This document shows positions 7,103 to 14,873 of a stretch of DNA of 64,000 bases, piece after piece (within the stretch, counting starts at the first letter, position 1; each line of letters begins with the position of its first letter). A program made the position numbers and the translations under genes. Source of the stretch: a virus; IMG/VR virus record IMGVR_UViG_3300032236_000765, positions 11,023-75,022 of that record; one strand, written 5' to 3'. The notes beneath the pieces were generated by a model that saw only the letters and a program-made list of their open reading frames with translations, was not told where the DNA came from and did not search any database.

Positions 7103-7573
7103 TTAGTTCTTCACATACTTGTTGTATGCAGCGATCCAATCAGTTGAGATTTCTTTCTGAGCAGTTGCCATATCGATCTGACCTGAACAAATCATCTTGT
7201 GTAACTTGTTTTCTAATGCATCTTTCAAGTGTGCATTATAAGGAGATGATGTGTATGACTGTGGCCAGAGATTCTTGACATCATTTGCACCGCCTAGTTC
7301 AAGTGAGATCAAGTGATCTATCTCAAACTTGTCAGACTTAGGATCGATCTTGTATTCAGCAAAAACTTGCTTCTTCACAGATTCAGGTACGTTACGGACC
7401 TTCTTGCCCTGTGCGTCTGTGCCGCTGGTGTAATTCGGTACACATACTACTGCTTTTGTTGCAGCAGGATTGACTACACCAGGGGTCAACACAGGATCAG
7501 GCTTCTGAGGAATGTCAGCAGCATATGCAGAAACAGAAATTGATAGTAAAGCTAATGTTAATAATTTTTTCAT
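7103..7573 (-). CDS. Exported protein with HNH-like motif
   Basis: Sec signal peptide (MKKLLTLALLSISVSAYA); EIDHLISLELGGAN...NLWPQ. Confidence 0.7.
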   Translation of the reverse strand: MKKLLTLALLSISVSAYAADIPQKPDPVLTPGVVNPAATKAVVCVPNYTSGTDAQGKKVRNVPESVKKQVFAEYKIDPKSDKFEIDHLISLELGGANDVKNLWPQSYTSSPYNAHLKDALENKLHKMICSGQIDMATAQKEISTDWIAAYNKYVKN

Positions 7574-7599
7574 GATTACATCCTTTACTATATTTATCT

Positions 7600-7677
7600 T
7601 GGCAGCTCCTGAGGGATTCGAACCCCCGACTTCTACGTTCGAAGCGTAGCACTCTAAATCCGCTGAGTTAAGGAGCC
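7600..7677 (-). tRNA. tRNA-Arg(TCG)
   Basis: CTACG-CTTCGAA-CGTAG, GCCA. Confidence 0.88.
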
Positions 7678-7680
7678 TAA

Positions 7681-7754
7681 TGGCTGGGGAACTAGGACTC
7701 GAACCTAGAATAACGGTACCAAAAACCGCTGTGTTACCATTACACCATTCCCCA
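7681..7754 (-). tRNA. tRNA-Gln(TTG)
   Basis: GCGGT-TTTTGGT-ACCGT; U1:A72, GCCA. Confidence 0.92.
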
Positions 7755-7760
7755 ATGAAA

Positions 7761-7836
7761 TGGTGCCGCTTGCAGGATTCGAACCTGCCACCTACTGATT
7801 ACTAATCAGTTGCTCTACCAAATGAGCTAAAGCGGC
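7761..7836 (-). tRNA. tRNA-Thr(AGT)
   Basis: Canonical Thr body (GCCGCTT...AAGCGGC-ACCA); ACTGA-TTAGTAA-TCAGT. Confidence 0.88.
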
Positions 7837-7911
7837 ATTAAAACATATGTGTATTTATTTCGTGAAAAATTTTAATTAAGAATAAATAAGATATAACAAG
7901 GGATTATTAAA

Positions 7912-8511
7912 ATGAGAAGCAGAATATACAACAGAATTCATCGTGTTCAAAACATGATTGTTATGATTGAAAATGAAGTGAAGACGATCAAGAGAATGCA
8001 ACGTCGTTTACTTGAATCTGTTAAACAAGTTCCTCCCGAGGAAGATCGAAGAACATCAGATGTTGAATTTATCATAGCACAGATGCCTTTAATTTTAGGA
8101 GGTTCATTACTCTTAGGTGCTTTGGAATATCTGTTAGATGTCGTTCAAAGAGGAGGAATTCATCACAGTGCAGCATTCTGGGCAGTTCACTCTTTTCTAG
8201 GTGAACTTATTGCATTGCCAATTATAGTACTTTTCATTTTTGTGGAAGAAAGTGAAGGGAGCGAAGGAAATGCTCGCTTAAGTGAAAATGCTAACAAAAT
8301 TAAAAAGTTTGCTGATGATCATGAAATGGATCCAAAGAAAAACAACATAGGAGACCTCATTATTGCTCTCCTCAATGATACTAAAAACGGAAATTATACG
8401 GTTGTCCAAGGAAAAAATATGTTTTCCAGGATTATACAGAATCTTAAACATAGCCATGATCCTAGAGTCCAAGCTGCAATAAACAAGGAAAAGCGAAAGA
8501 TAGCAGCATAA
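7912..8511 (+). CDS. Hypothetical protein, coiled-coil leader plus hydrophobic segments
   Basis: N-terminus paralogous to next ORF and ends in LLE; ATAAATA upstream. Confidence 0.7.
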   Translation: MRSRIYNRIHRVQNMIVMIENEVKTIKRMQRRLLESVKQVPPEEDRRTSDVEFIIAQMPLILGGSLLLGALEYLLDVVQRGGIHHSAAFWAVHSFLGELIALPIIVLFIFVEESEGSEGNARLSENANKIKKFADDHEMDPKKNNIGDLIIALLNDTKNGNYTVVQGKNMFSRIIQNLKHSHDPRVQAAINKEKRKIAA

Positions 8512-8536
8512 AACATATTATATAAGAAAATATAAA

Positions 8537-9082
8537 ATGAATCAGATGCCGCATAACAAACTTCGTAAAATCCAAAACAAGATCACAATGCTTGAATATG
8601 AAATAAGAACAATCAAGCAAGTGCAGCAACAATTGTATGAGGCAAAAAAAGTTGGAAATGCATTAAAAGTTAATCGTCCTAGAGTAACACCTAGAAAAAT
8701 ATTAATGTTACTTTCTGCTATAGTGTCGGCTGCTTCCATGGTAGGTGCTGCTACCGCAGTTGTTCCAGGTTTAGCTATTTTTTCAAATTTATTTGTTAGA
8801 ATTTTTATGAGTATTGCTATTAATGTTCCAGCACTCAATGAGCTTAGAAATGAAGTACAACATAATAAAAAGCTCAAAGATATTATTGATAAAATAGATC
8901 CTAATGCTTTGAAAATGAATATGTTAGATTTCTTAACCAAATTCCAAGAAGCAATTGATGCTAAAACACTAACCCCAGAAGAAATAGAGTATTTAAAAGT
9001 GGCAATAGGAAATTCCAAAGATTTCCAAAATGCTATCAAGCAAGCAGATAAACAGACCAAGCAACAATCAACTGCACAATGA
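8537..9082 (+). CDS. Hypothetical protein, paralogous leader plus hydrophobic hairpin
   Basis: KLRKIQNKITMLEYEIRTIKQVQQQLYE vs RIHRVQNMIVMIENEVKTIKRMQRRLLE. Confidence 0.7.
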   Translation: MNQMPHNKLRKIQNKITMLEYEIRTIKQVQQQLYEAKKVGNALKVNRPRVTPRKILMLLSAIVSAASMVGAATAVVPGLAIFSNLFVRIFMSIAINVPALNELRNEVQHNKKLKDIIDKIDPNALKMNMLDFLTKFQEAIDAKTLTPEEIEYLKVAIGNSKDFQNAIKQADKQTKQQSTAQ

Positions 9083-9097
9083 TCATAAAATAAATAG

Positions 9098-9272
9098 ATA
9101 GCCTTTTGTTTTGACAAGCGAGGCTATGTTATCCGGCATTTCGGACTTGCCCGCTTGTGAGGAATATTCCTCACTGCTAGATTTTACTCTCTGCGTTATC
9201 GCCGCAGATTTCATCCCTAACACCGCCCCTTCTTTTTTTATAGTGCTTTGCAGGCTCGTTCCGACATGCACT
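9098..9272 (-). ncRNA. Unidentified multi-branched structured RNA
   Basis: Stems GCATGTCGGA/TCCGAAATGC, GCCTGC/GCGGGC, TCTGCG/CGCAGA, GTGAGG/CCTCAC, ATAGCCT/AGGCTAT. Confidence 0.6.
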
Positions 9273-9281
9273 TCTAAATGG

Positions 9282-9311
9282 AAAACCCCGAGAGTCTTTT
9301 GATTCCCAGGG
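9282..9311 (-). terminator. Intrinsic terminator of putative attenuator
   Basis: CCCTGGGAATC-AAAA-GACTCTCGGGG-TTTT. Confidence 0.65.
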
Positions 9312-9338
9312 CCTAAATAAACTAGTTATGATCTATGT

Positions 9339-9476
9339 TTACTTTTGCCCGGGCTCCAATGGTTGAATAAATTTGCCGCGGTTTGTTGGATATGCTGCCA
9401 ACATTAATACCAAAGAGGTTTCTATTCCCCAATTCGTGGTATCATGTCTCAGCAATGTCGAACAATTAGTAATCAT
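9339..9476 (-). CDS. Putative attenuator leader peptide (45 aa)
   Basis: MITNCSTLLRHDTTNWGIETSLVLMLAAYPTNRGKFIQPLEPGQK*; its last codons and stop form the 5' arm of a hairpin that overlaps the terminator. Confidence 0.55.
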   Translation of the reverse strand: MITNCSTLLRHDTTNWGIETSLVLMLAAYPTNRGKFIQPLEPGQK

Positions 9477-9531
9477 AACAAGTTTATTTAGTCCTGCGAA
9501 TAATTAATCTCTTTTTCTCATCATGTTTTTC

Positions 9532-9560
9532 ATTCTATATGCAGTAGAAAAGAATGTCAA
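9532..9560 (-). promoter_or_regulatory. sigma70-type promoter upstream of the leader
   Basis: TTGACA-17 nt-TAGAAT. Confidence 0.75.
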
Positions 9561-9585
9561 GAACTTTTTTCCTATAAATAAAATC

Positions 9586-10146
9586 ATGGACTTCGACGCA
9601 TTCTCTCATGGACAAATCCAAAGCAAGTTGTGGCTTTGCAAAGAACTTGAACGATTCATATACGCGAACATCAAGATCGTCATACTAGGAAGCTGGTATA
9701 ACGTTCTTGCGTTTATGCTTCTTACACGAAACGCAGACCGATATCAACATATTTTGGGTGTAGACCTTGATCCGGAAGCAAAAGAGATTGCTGATAAAAT
9801 CACTAATGCCTGGCGTATTGGTAAAGATTACAAGGTCGAGAACAAGATAGCTGATGCAAACCTTGAAAATTTGGATGGCTACGACCTTGTAATCAATTGC
9901 TCACCTGAGCATATGGAAGGTAATGATTGGTTTGAGAATCTTGAATACGGTACGATGGTGTGTATTCAATCTAGCAACGTGCAGACTAAAGATGATGATG
10001 TTTGGAAATGTGTCAATCCAAACGAATCATTAGAGGATTTGGCAATAAAATACCCGTTATCAAAGTATCTTTACTCTGGGGAGAAAGAGATCAGATACAG
10101 TGATGATAACGGGTATAAACGTTTTATGATAATCGGAATCAAGTAA
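9586..10146 (+). CDS. Class I SAM-dependent methyltransferase-like protein
   Basis: IVILGSWY...GVDLD...ADAN...DLVINCSPEH Rossmann motifs; start reassigned to ATG 5 nt after TATAAATA (9573-9580). Confidence 0.7.
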   Translation: MDFDAFSHGQIQSKLWLCKELERFIYANIKIVILGSWYNVLAFMLLTRNADRYQHILGVDLDPEAKEIADKITNAWRIGKDYKVENKIADANLENLDGYDLVINCSPEHMEGNDWFENLEYGTMVCIQSSNVQTKDDDVWKCVNPNESLEDLAIKYPLSKYLYSGEKEIRYSDDNGYKRFMIIGIK

Positions 10147-10660
10147 CTTTGATTATAGATGCAATAACAGCAGCAATGTTAGCAATATCTTGCACCTGTG
10201 CATCAGTATAATCTTTGCTCTTTATCATCTCTACTAGTGCAAATGCTCGACTGTGCTGAAGCACTATAGCAGCAGCAAATGCATACATAGCAGTCTTGCC
10301 TGTCGCATCCTCTATGATAGGTTCAAACTTTTCTAGCTTATATGGAGGATTTCCTACAGATGCTTTATACGTCGCATCCAGATATCCTAGATACACGGTG
10401 TCTATGGCGATGCCGGTTACAGCTTGAGACACTAGTTCACGTTCTGATCTGCCGAACAGTGGGCCATTCATTGAGATTTCAAATGCGAGTTCCGAATTAC
10501 CGGATGCAGTTGCTGCTGCTAATGCACAGGCGTGTGCATCAATCTCATCTAATTGATGCTGCGTCATCACAATCTGAAGATTTTTTTCTAGGTAGGATAG
10601 ATGCTCAGGTAGGCTATTCTTAACAGCATCTATCCAATTGGTAGTTCCAAATTTATTCAT
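10139..10660 (-). CDS. AhpD-like / carboxymuconolactone decarboxylase fold protein, no CxxC
   Basis: IDAVKNSLPEH...CALAAATASGN...QVQDIANIAAVI resembles AhpD. Confidence 0.6.
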   Translation of the reverse strand: MNKFGTTNWIDAVKNSLPEHLSYLEKNLQIVMTQHQLDEIDAHACALAAATASGNSELAFEISMNGPLFGRSERELVSQAVTGIAIDTVYLGYLDATYKASVGNPPYKLEKFEPIIEDATGKTAMYAFAAAIVLQHSRAFALVEMIKSKDYTDAQVQDIANIAAVIASIIKVT

Positions 10661-10707
10661 TTTGTTTTCTCTATACTAATATATGTATGTAACAGATGAA
10701 ATACAAC

Positions 10708-10878
10708 TCAAGATTTTTTTACTGCCACGTAACGATTCTTTTGGTAATCCTTGCGAATATCGTACAGGCTTTTGATGACCTGTATAGTTTTGAGGCTATC
10801 ACCTTCTGTACGGCTGATGCCTTCAATATCGCGGATCTTGTCGATAAGATCAGCCGGAGTTTTCGCAGTGATGATCAT
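10708..10878 (-). CDS. Small hypothetical early protein (56 aa)
   Basis: Manual ORF MIITAKTPADLIDKIRDIE..., GAGGAG SD. Confidence 0.55.
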   Translation of the reverse strand: MIITAKTPADLIDKIRDIEGISRTEGDSLKTIQVIKSLYDIRKDYQKNRYVAVKKS

Positions 10879-10896
10879 ACGTAGTCTCCTCGAATA

Positions 10897-11244
10897 CTAT
10901 GCAGCGAGAGTGTTGCAGGCGCATTGGCCCCGCCGGATCATCATCTGAAGACCAGCTTGAGTCTGGGGCAGACCGCGCTCCTTCAGCCACTTCTTGATGT
11001 GCGGCAGAAGATAGCCCTTGGTCTCGGCGATGCGAAGCGGAGCCATTCCCGCATCCTGCATTGCAAAATATTCTTCGACGGTGAAGTTCTTGATCAGGAA
11101 AGTGATGAACGTAGCCTTACCGCCACCGCGCTTGGAAAAGTTCGCAACGAACTTGCGCTCTGCATGAGGGGTAGACCAGCCTTGCGGGGCATACGAGAGC
11201 CAACCGTTAGAGTCGATGAGAGTTTCTTTCGTGAACTTAGTCAT
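10897..11244 (-). CDS. Hypothetical early protein
   Basis: GGAG SD, own sigma70 promoter, GC-richer codons. Confidence 0.7.
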   Translation of the reverse strand: MTKFTKETLIDSNGWLSYAPQGWSTPHAERKFVANFSKRGGGKATFITFLIKNFTVEEYFAMQDAGMAPLRIAETKGYLLPHIKKWLKERGLPQTQAGLQMMIRRGQCACNTLAA

Positions 11245-11279
11245 GTGTATCTCCGTTCGCTCGTTTCTGTCTATGATTC

Positions 11280-11308
11280 AATATAGCAAAATGGGTAACC
11301 GAAGTCAA
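11280..11308 (-). promoter_or_regulatory. Phage early promoter (repeated motif)
   Basis: TTGACTTCGGTTACCCATTTTGCTATATT. Confidence 0.8.
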
Positions 11309-11312
11309 GCCT

Positions 11313-11498
11313 TTATTTCGGATAAATCACATATTGTTCATCGATATAGATGGTGTTACCGTCTTCATCGCGGATGACGATATCCTGAATGTACTCCTCA
11401 GGGTCATCCGTGCGGAACATGAAAGTTCCAGTGACGAGTTCGTCCTCGCCCCGAGCGTTGACAACGTAACCCTGAACAATTTCGCCGACCTTGAACAT
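11313..11498 (-). CDS. Hypothetical early protein (61 aa)
   Basis: ORF downstream of promoter 11530-11558. Confidence 0.65.
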   Translation of the reverse strand: MFKVGEIVQGYVVNARGEDELVTGTFMFRTDDPEEYIQDIVIRDEDGNTIYIDEQYVIYPK

Positions 11499-11529
11499 GA
11501 TGTCTCTCTCGCTCGCTGCTTACATTGTT

Positions 11530-11558
11530 AATATAGCGGAATGGGTAACTCATGTCAA
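11530..11558 (-). promoter_or_regulatory. Phage early promoter (repeated motif)
   Basis: TTGACATGAGTTACCCATTCCGCTATATT. Confidence 0.8.
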
Positions 11559-12571
11559 CCTTTTTGTACCAAAAAAAGCGGTCCGTCGATAAATTTATTT
11601 CTATCCTGATTCATCATTCCAGCTTGCATTTCTTTGATCATCTCAGGAGTCAGATGTCTAGCTCTCATCTGTGAATCATGAAAGAATATATGAACTTCTA
11701 CAAAAGCATCACCCTCTAACCGTTGGATAGCTATCATACGATGACGCCCTTCATGTCCTGTGACCCTAGCAGGTTGGATGAAGTCTCCGTCTTCCCACTG
11801 AGCAGGAATCTTAACAATCAAGAAAGGGGCGCCCAGCCCGCCACCATTTTGTAGATGGTCGATGATATCATTTATCGTTTTTTGATTAGGATGTTTAATT
11901 GGTGCAGCTAATTGGAAGAATGTCGAAGGACGCATCAGCACACGCAATCCTAGGTAGTCTACGTTTTCATTGTTTGGAGTCTGTCCCCATCCATTCGCGT
12001 TGTCTACCTTGTATTCATCTAGCTCATTTTCTCTAGATGTAACAGCGAGTTTGTTCTTTATTCCTTCATCAACTGGACTCTTGCTGATAGGAACTTTCTT
12101 ACGATTGGTGAGAAAATAGGTATTGAACCAAGCTGTGCTTTCAACATCCCATTTACTCATAAACGTATTATTCCGGCGTTCCATGCCCTCTGGATTATGA
12201 TGTATAGCATCATAATCTTTCTCTAACAATTGCCAGGGCATCTTAGTGAATAATTCTGCAGGATCTTTGATTTGGACACCATATTTTCTAGCAATCATCA
12301 TGGCATCACTGTCTGTGTTAATGACTAGTATTCGTGCACCTGGTCTGACATCCATCAATGTGCCTTCATCACTTACCCATTCAGGCATCTCACCATAACA
12401 CCAGTCTACCCAATCACTCGTATAACCATTCTTGACTTTTATAGCAGTGCTAGTCCATAACGCAGCATCAGGCTTCAGTGATGCTTCATTAGTCTTTACA
12501 GGACGTGGAACATATAACTGCGGACCTAAACTCACATTTTTGTCCTCAGCTACTAAATCAGATGCTCTCAT
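11555..12571 (-). CDS. Two-domain protein, C-terminal ParB/Srx-like domain; putative head protein
   Basis: VTGHEGRHRMIAI motif; leader MRASDLVAE. Confidence 0.6.
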   Translation of the reverse strand: MRASDLVAEDKNVSLGPQLYVPRPVKTNEASLKPDAALWTSTAIKVKNGYTSDWVDWCYGEMPEWVSDEGTLMDVRPGARILVINTDSDAMMIARKYGVQIKDPAELFTKMPWQLLEKDYDAIHHNPEGMERRNNTFMSKWDVESTAWFNTYFLTNRKKVPISKSPVDEGIKNKLAVTSRENELDEYKVDNANGWGQTPNNENVDYLGLRVLMRPSTFFQLAAPIKHPNQKTINDIIDHLQNGGGLGAPFLIVKIPAQWEDGDFIQPARVTGHEGRHRMIAIQRLEGDAFVEVHIFFHDSQMRARHLTPEMIKEMQAGMMNQDRNKFIDGPLFLVQKG

Positions 12572-13857
12572 TTTGTCACCCTATATGCAGCCCACTTGTC
12601 ACGACCTTTCCTCATGCCGATATGTCTATCTATATAAAAAGACATACCGTGGTCACTTTCTCGTTTTGACGGGAATTCATTCCCTACATTTATAGAAATA
12701 GCTTTTGGCAGATAGCTCAAATCATCACCGGAATCCATACCAAATTCCGGGGATAGCAATCCTTTTATAGTTTTAACAGTTGGACGGATAGCTTCATTCA
12801 TATCAATCCTAAATCTGCGAGCTTCATCATTCCAGTTTAAATAATCATCCTTATTTTCGACTGCTTTATCCCAATCAATATCACCATGTTCATCGGTGTA
12901 TTTCTCTTGCATCTGTTGATAGTAGTACTCATCATTTATTTCCCATTCGGATAATACTTCCCAAAGATATTCTTCAGCAAGGTCTGCGATCTGGTTAATA
13001 TAATTTTGCAATTCTTCATCAGGACACATGATAATCATGTCTTTAGTTTCAGGTTCATTTTGCAAAAAGAATTCATATAGTTCTGGAAATCTCTTAGTGA
13101 GCAGGACATATAGATTTATCTCTTCATCCTCTTCATTCATGAATTGTCCCGAAGGGAAATGTAATTGATACTTCTCACCTTCATGCCGTGGCTTCTTGGG
13201 AATGAGAATATACATCTTACCCTGATTGTTGTAGTAGTCGAAATAGTTTTTTCCTTGAGTAGCAGCAGTACACCAACGAGTACCCCTACCGTATCGACAA
13301 GCAGCAGCCTCATCTTCTGGTACGACAACTAATACGTTGCCATCTTCATAGACTTTTGAGGCTTTGCCTTTTTCTTCTTCTTTTTTCTTATCCCCACCTT
13401 CGATCTTATCTAGATCATATTGGTTGATCATAGTGTCTTCAAAGTCTTTATAAGTCTTGAATCGATTAATATCATTATGCTCAGACTTGATCATTCTGCG
13501 TCTTTTACCGATATCATATATTCCGAGAAGATTTCTACGATTCATATCTTCCATCTTAAGGCCGCCCTTGGCATATACTTTTGCTAACCAAGGAGTGTAC
13601 GCTTTGTTTGGAGTAGGGTCCTTTTCTTCAATTGCACTTAATATCTTATCAATCATCTCTGCTCGTTGTGCAGGTGTGATCACTGCATTTATCTGTTCAG
13701 GTGTTGCATTTGCTAGCAGTCGGAGCCTTGTCCAGATATTTGCCAATCCATATGCAGTGGCCCCTCTATCTTGAGCAAAAGCCGTTAATAAACGATTACC
13801 AACTTGATTGGCTGTGATCTGTCTATTATACTCAAGGAGAAATTCTCTGGCTCGCAT
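12568..13857 (-). CDS. Putative head-packaged protein with ACxYG...WCT domain
   Basis: Leader MRAREFLLE; AACRYGRGTRWCTAA...KYQLHF. Confidence 0.6.
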   Translation of the reverse strand: MRAREFLLEYNRQITANQVGNRLLTAFAQDRGATAYGLANIWTRLRLLANATPEQINAVITPAQRAEMIDKILSAIEEKDPTPNKAYTPWLAKVYAKGGLKMEDMNRRNLLGIYDIGKRRRMIKSEHNDINRFKTYKDFEDTMINQYDLDKIEGGDKKKEEEKGKASKVYEDGNVLVVVPEDEAAACRYGRGTRWCTAATQGKNYFDYYNNQGKMYILIPKKPRHEGEKYQLHFPSGQFMNEEDEEINLYVLLTKRFPELYEFFLQNEPETKDMIIMCPDEELQNYINQIADLAEEYLWEVLSEWEINDEYYYQQMQEKYTDEHGDIDWDKAVENKDDYLNWNDEARRFRIDMNEAIRPTVKTIKGLLSPEFGMDSGDDLSYLPKAISINVGNEFPSKRESDHGMSFYIDRHIGMRKGRDKWAAYRVTK

Positions 13858-13866
13858 GGCTAATAA

Positions 13867-14862
13867 TTAGCCTCTATCACGACCGAAAAGATGATTCATT
13901 TCTTCATCACTAGCAACATCTTCACTATGATATGCAGTAGGATAAAGTCTCTTGATTCGTGCTACTTCTTCTGGAATGTTCCAGCCGCCGCGGGAAATTC
14001 CCATATCAATAGAAGCATTTTTTAATTCTTCAGAACGGCTTTCAAGTTCAGATACAATATGTTTCATCAGTCCAGGAAATAACTTAGTGAATTGTTCTTC
14101 ACCTACGTTATAGTCCTGTGTTGCATTCTTTAACTGGCGGGTAGCTGAGTGCATCTGCCACTTGCCGTTTTTATTATTCATATTTTGTTTATCGATAATG
14201 CTAACGATAGGACCGTCTGATGAATAACGGTTGAACCAGTTCAACCCGCTACTACTTCCAGTACAGAATTGACCTTGATGTCCTTCTGCGTTATTGAATG
14301 TATAGCAAGAGCCATAGTTTAATGGAACAATGACATAATATCTATCATTGTCAATAAGCACGATCTGTTTTGCATTCTTCTTCATTGCTGCTAGTTTTTC
14401 AGCATCAGCAATCTTTCTCAATGCATCACGATATTTGTCTTTGCGTATAACTTTTTGTAATTTTTCGATTGAAGAAAATTTATTAAAGTCCTGATCATTA
14501 GGATCTAACAAACCACGAACACTAAGTGCTTTCCAAGAACCTAATGCATCTCCCCCTTCACCGTTGATTTCTTCATAATTATTGATATGATTGACATACA
14601 GTTTTGTTAACCAAGCATCAAACTTGCCGTCTCTTGATAAGTCACCGTAGTTAGTAAGAGCCAGTGTACGGTCGATCAATTTACTCCATAGCTTAACCAC
14701 ATCTTCATCACTTGGCTTAGGGCCTAGACTTGCTAGTGCTGGTGCCGGAAAGGTTGAATCATGTTTTACAGCCAAAGCCAGCATTTTAGTCATTCTTGGA
14801 TCTTTAAGAATCTTTTCTGCATGGTTTGCTTCTGTTAATCTAGTTTTTATTAAGCGTCTCAT
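13867..14862 (-). CDS. Paralog of preceding protein (SC...FCTG...KWQMH)
   Basis: Shared W-L-x-K-x-Y, DFNKF/DINRF, V-I/V-V-P...C motifs; leader ends LTE. Confidence 0.6.
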   Translation of the reverse strand: MRRLIKTRLTEANHAEKILKDPRMTKMLALAVKHDSTFPAPALASLGPKPSDEDVVKLWSKLIDRTLALTNYGDLSRDGKFDAWLTKLYVNHINNYEEINGEGGDALGSWKALSVRGLLDPNDQDFNKFSSIEKLQKVIRKDKYRDALRKIADAEKLAAMKKNAKQIVLIDNDRYYVIVPLNYGSCYTFNNAEGHQGQFCTGSSSGLNWFNRYSSDGPIVSIIDKQNMNNKNGKWQMHSATRQLKNATQDYNVGEEQFTKLFPGLMKHIVSELESRSEELKNASIDMGISRGGWNIPEEVARIKRLYPTAYHSEDVASDEEMNHLFGRDRG

Positions 14863-14873
14863 GATTGTCCTTC

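Noticed and set aside
9098-9300. RNase P RNA, tmRNA or T-box identity for the structured region
   Set aside because: No GAGGAAAGUCC P4 motif, no tmRNA ends or tag frame, no T-box UGGNACC consensus.
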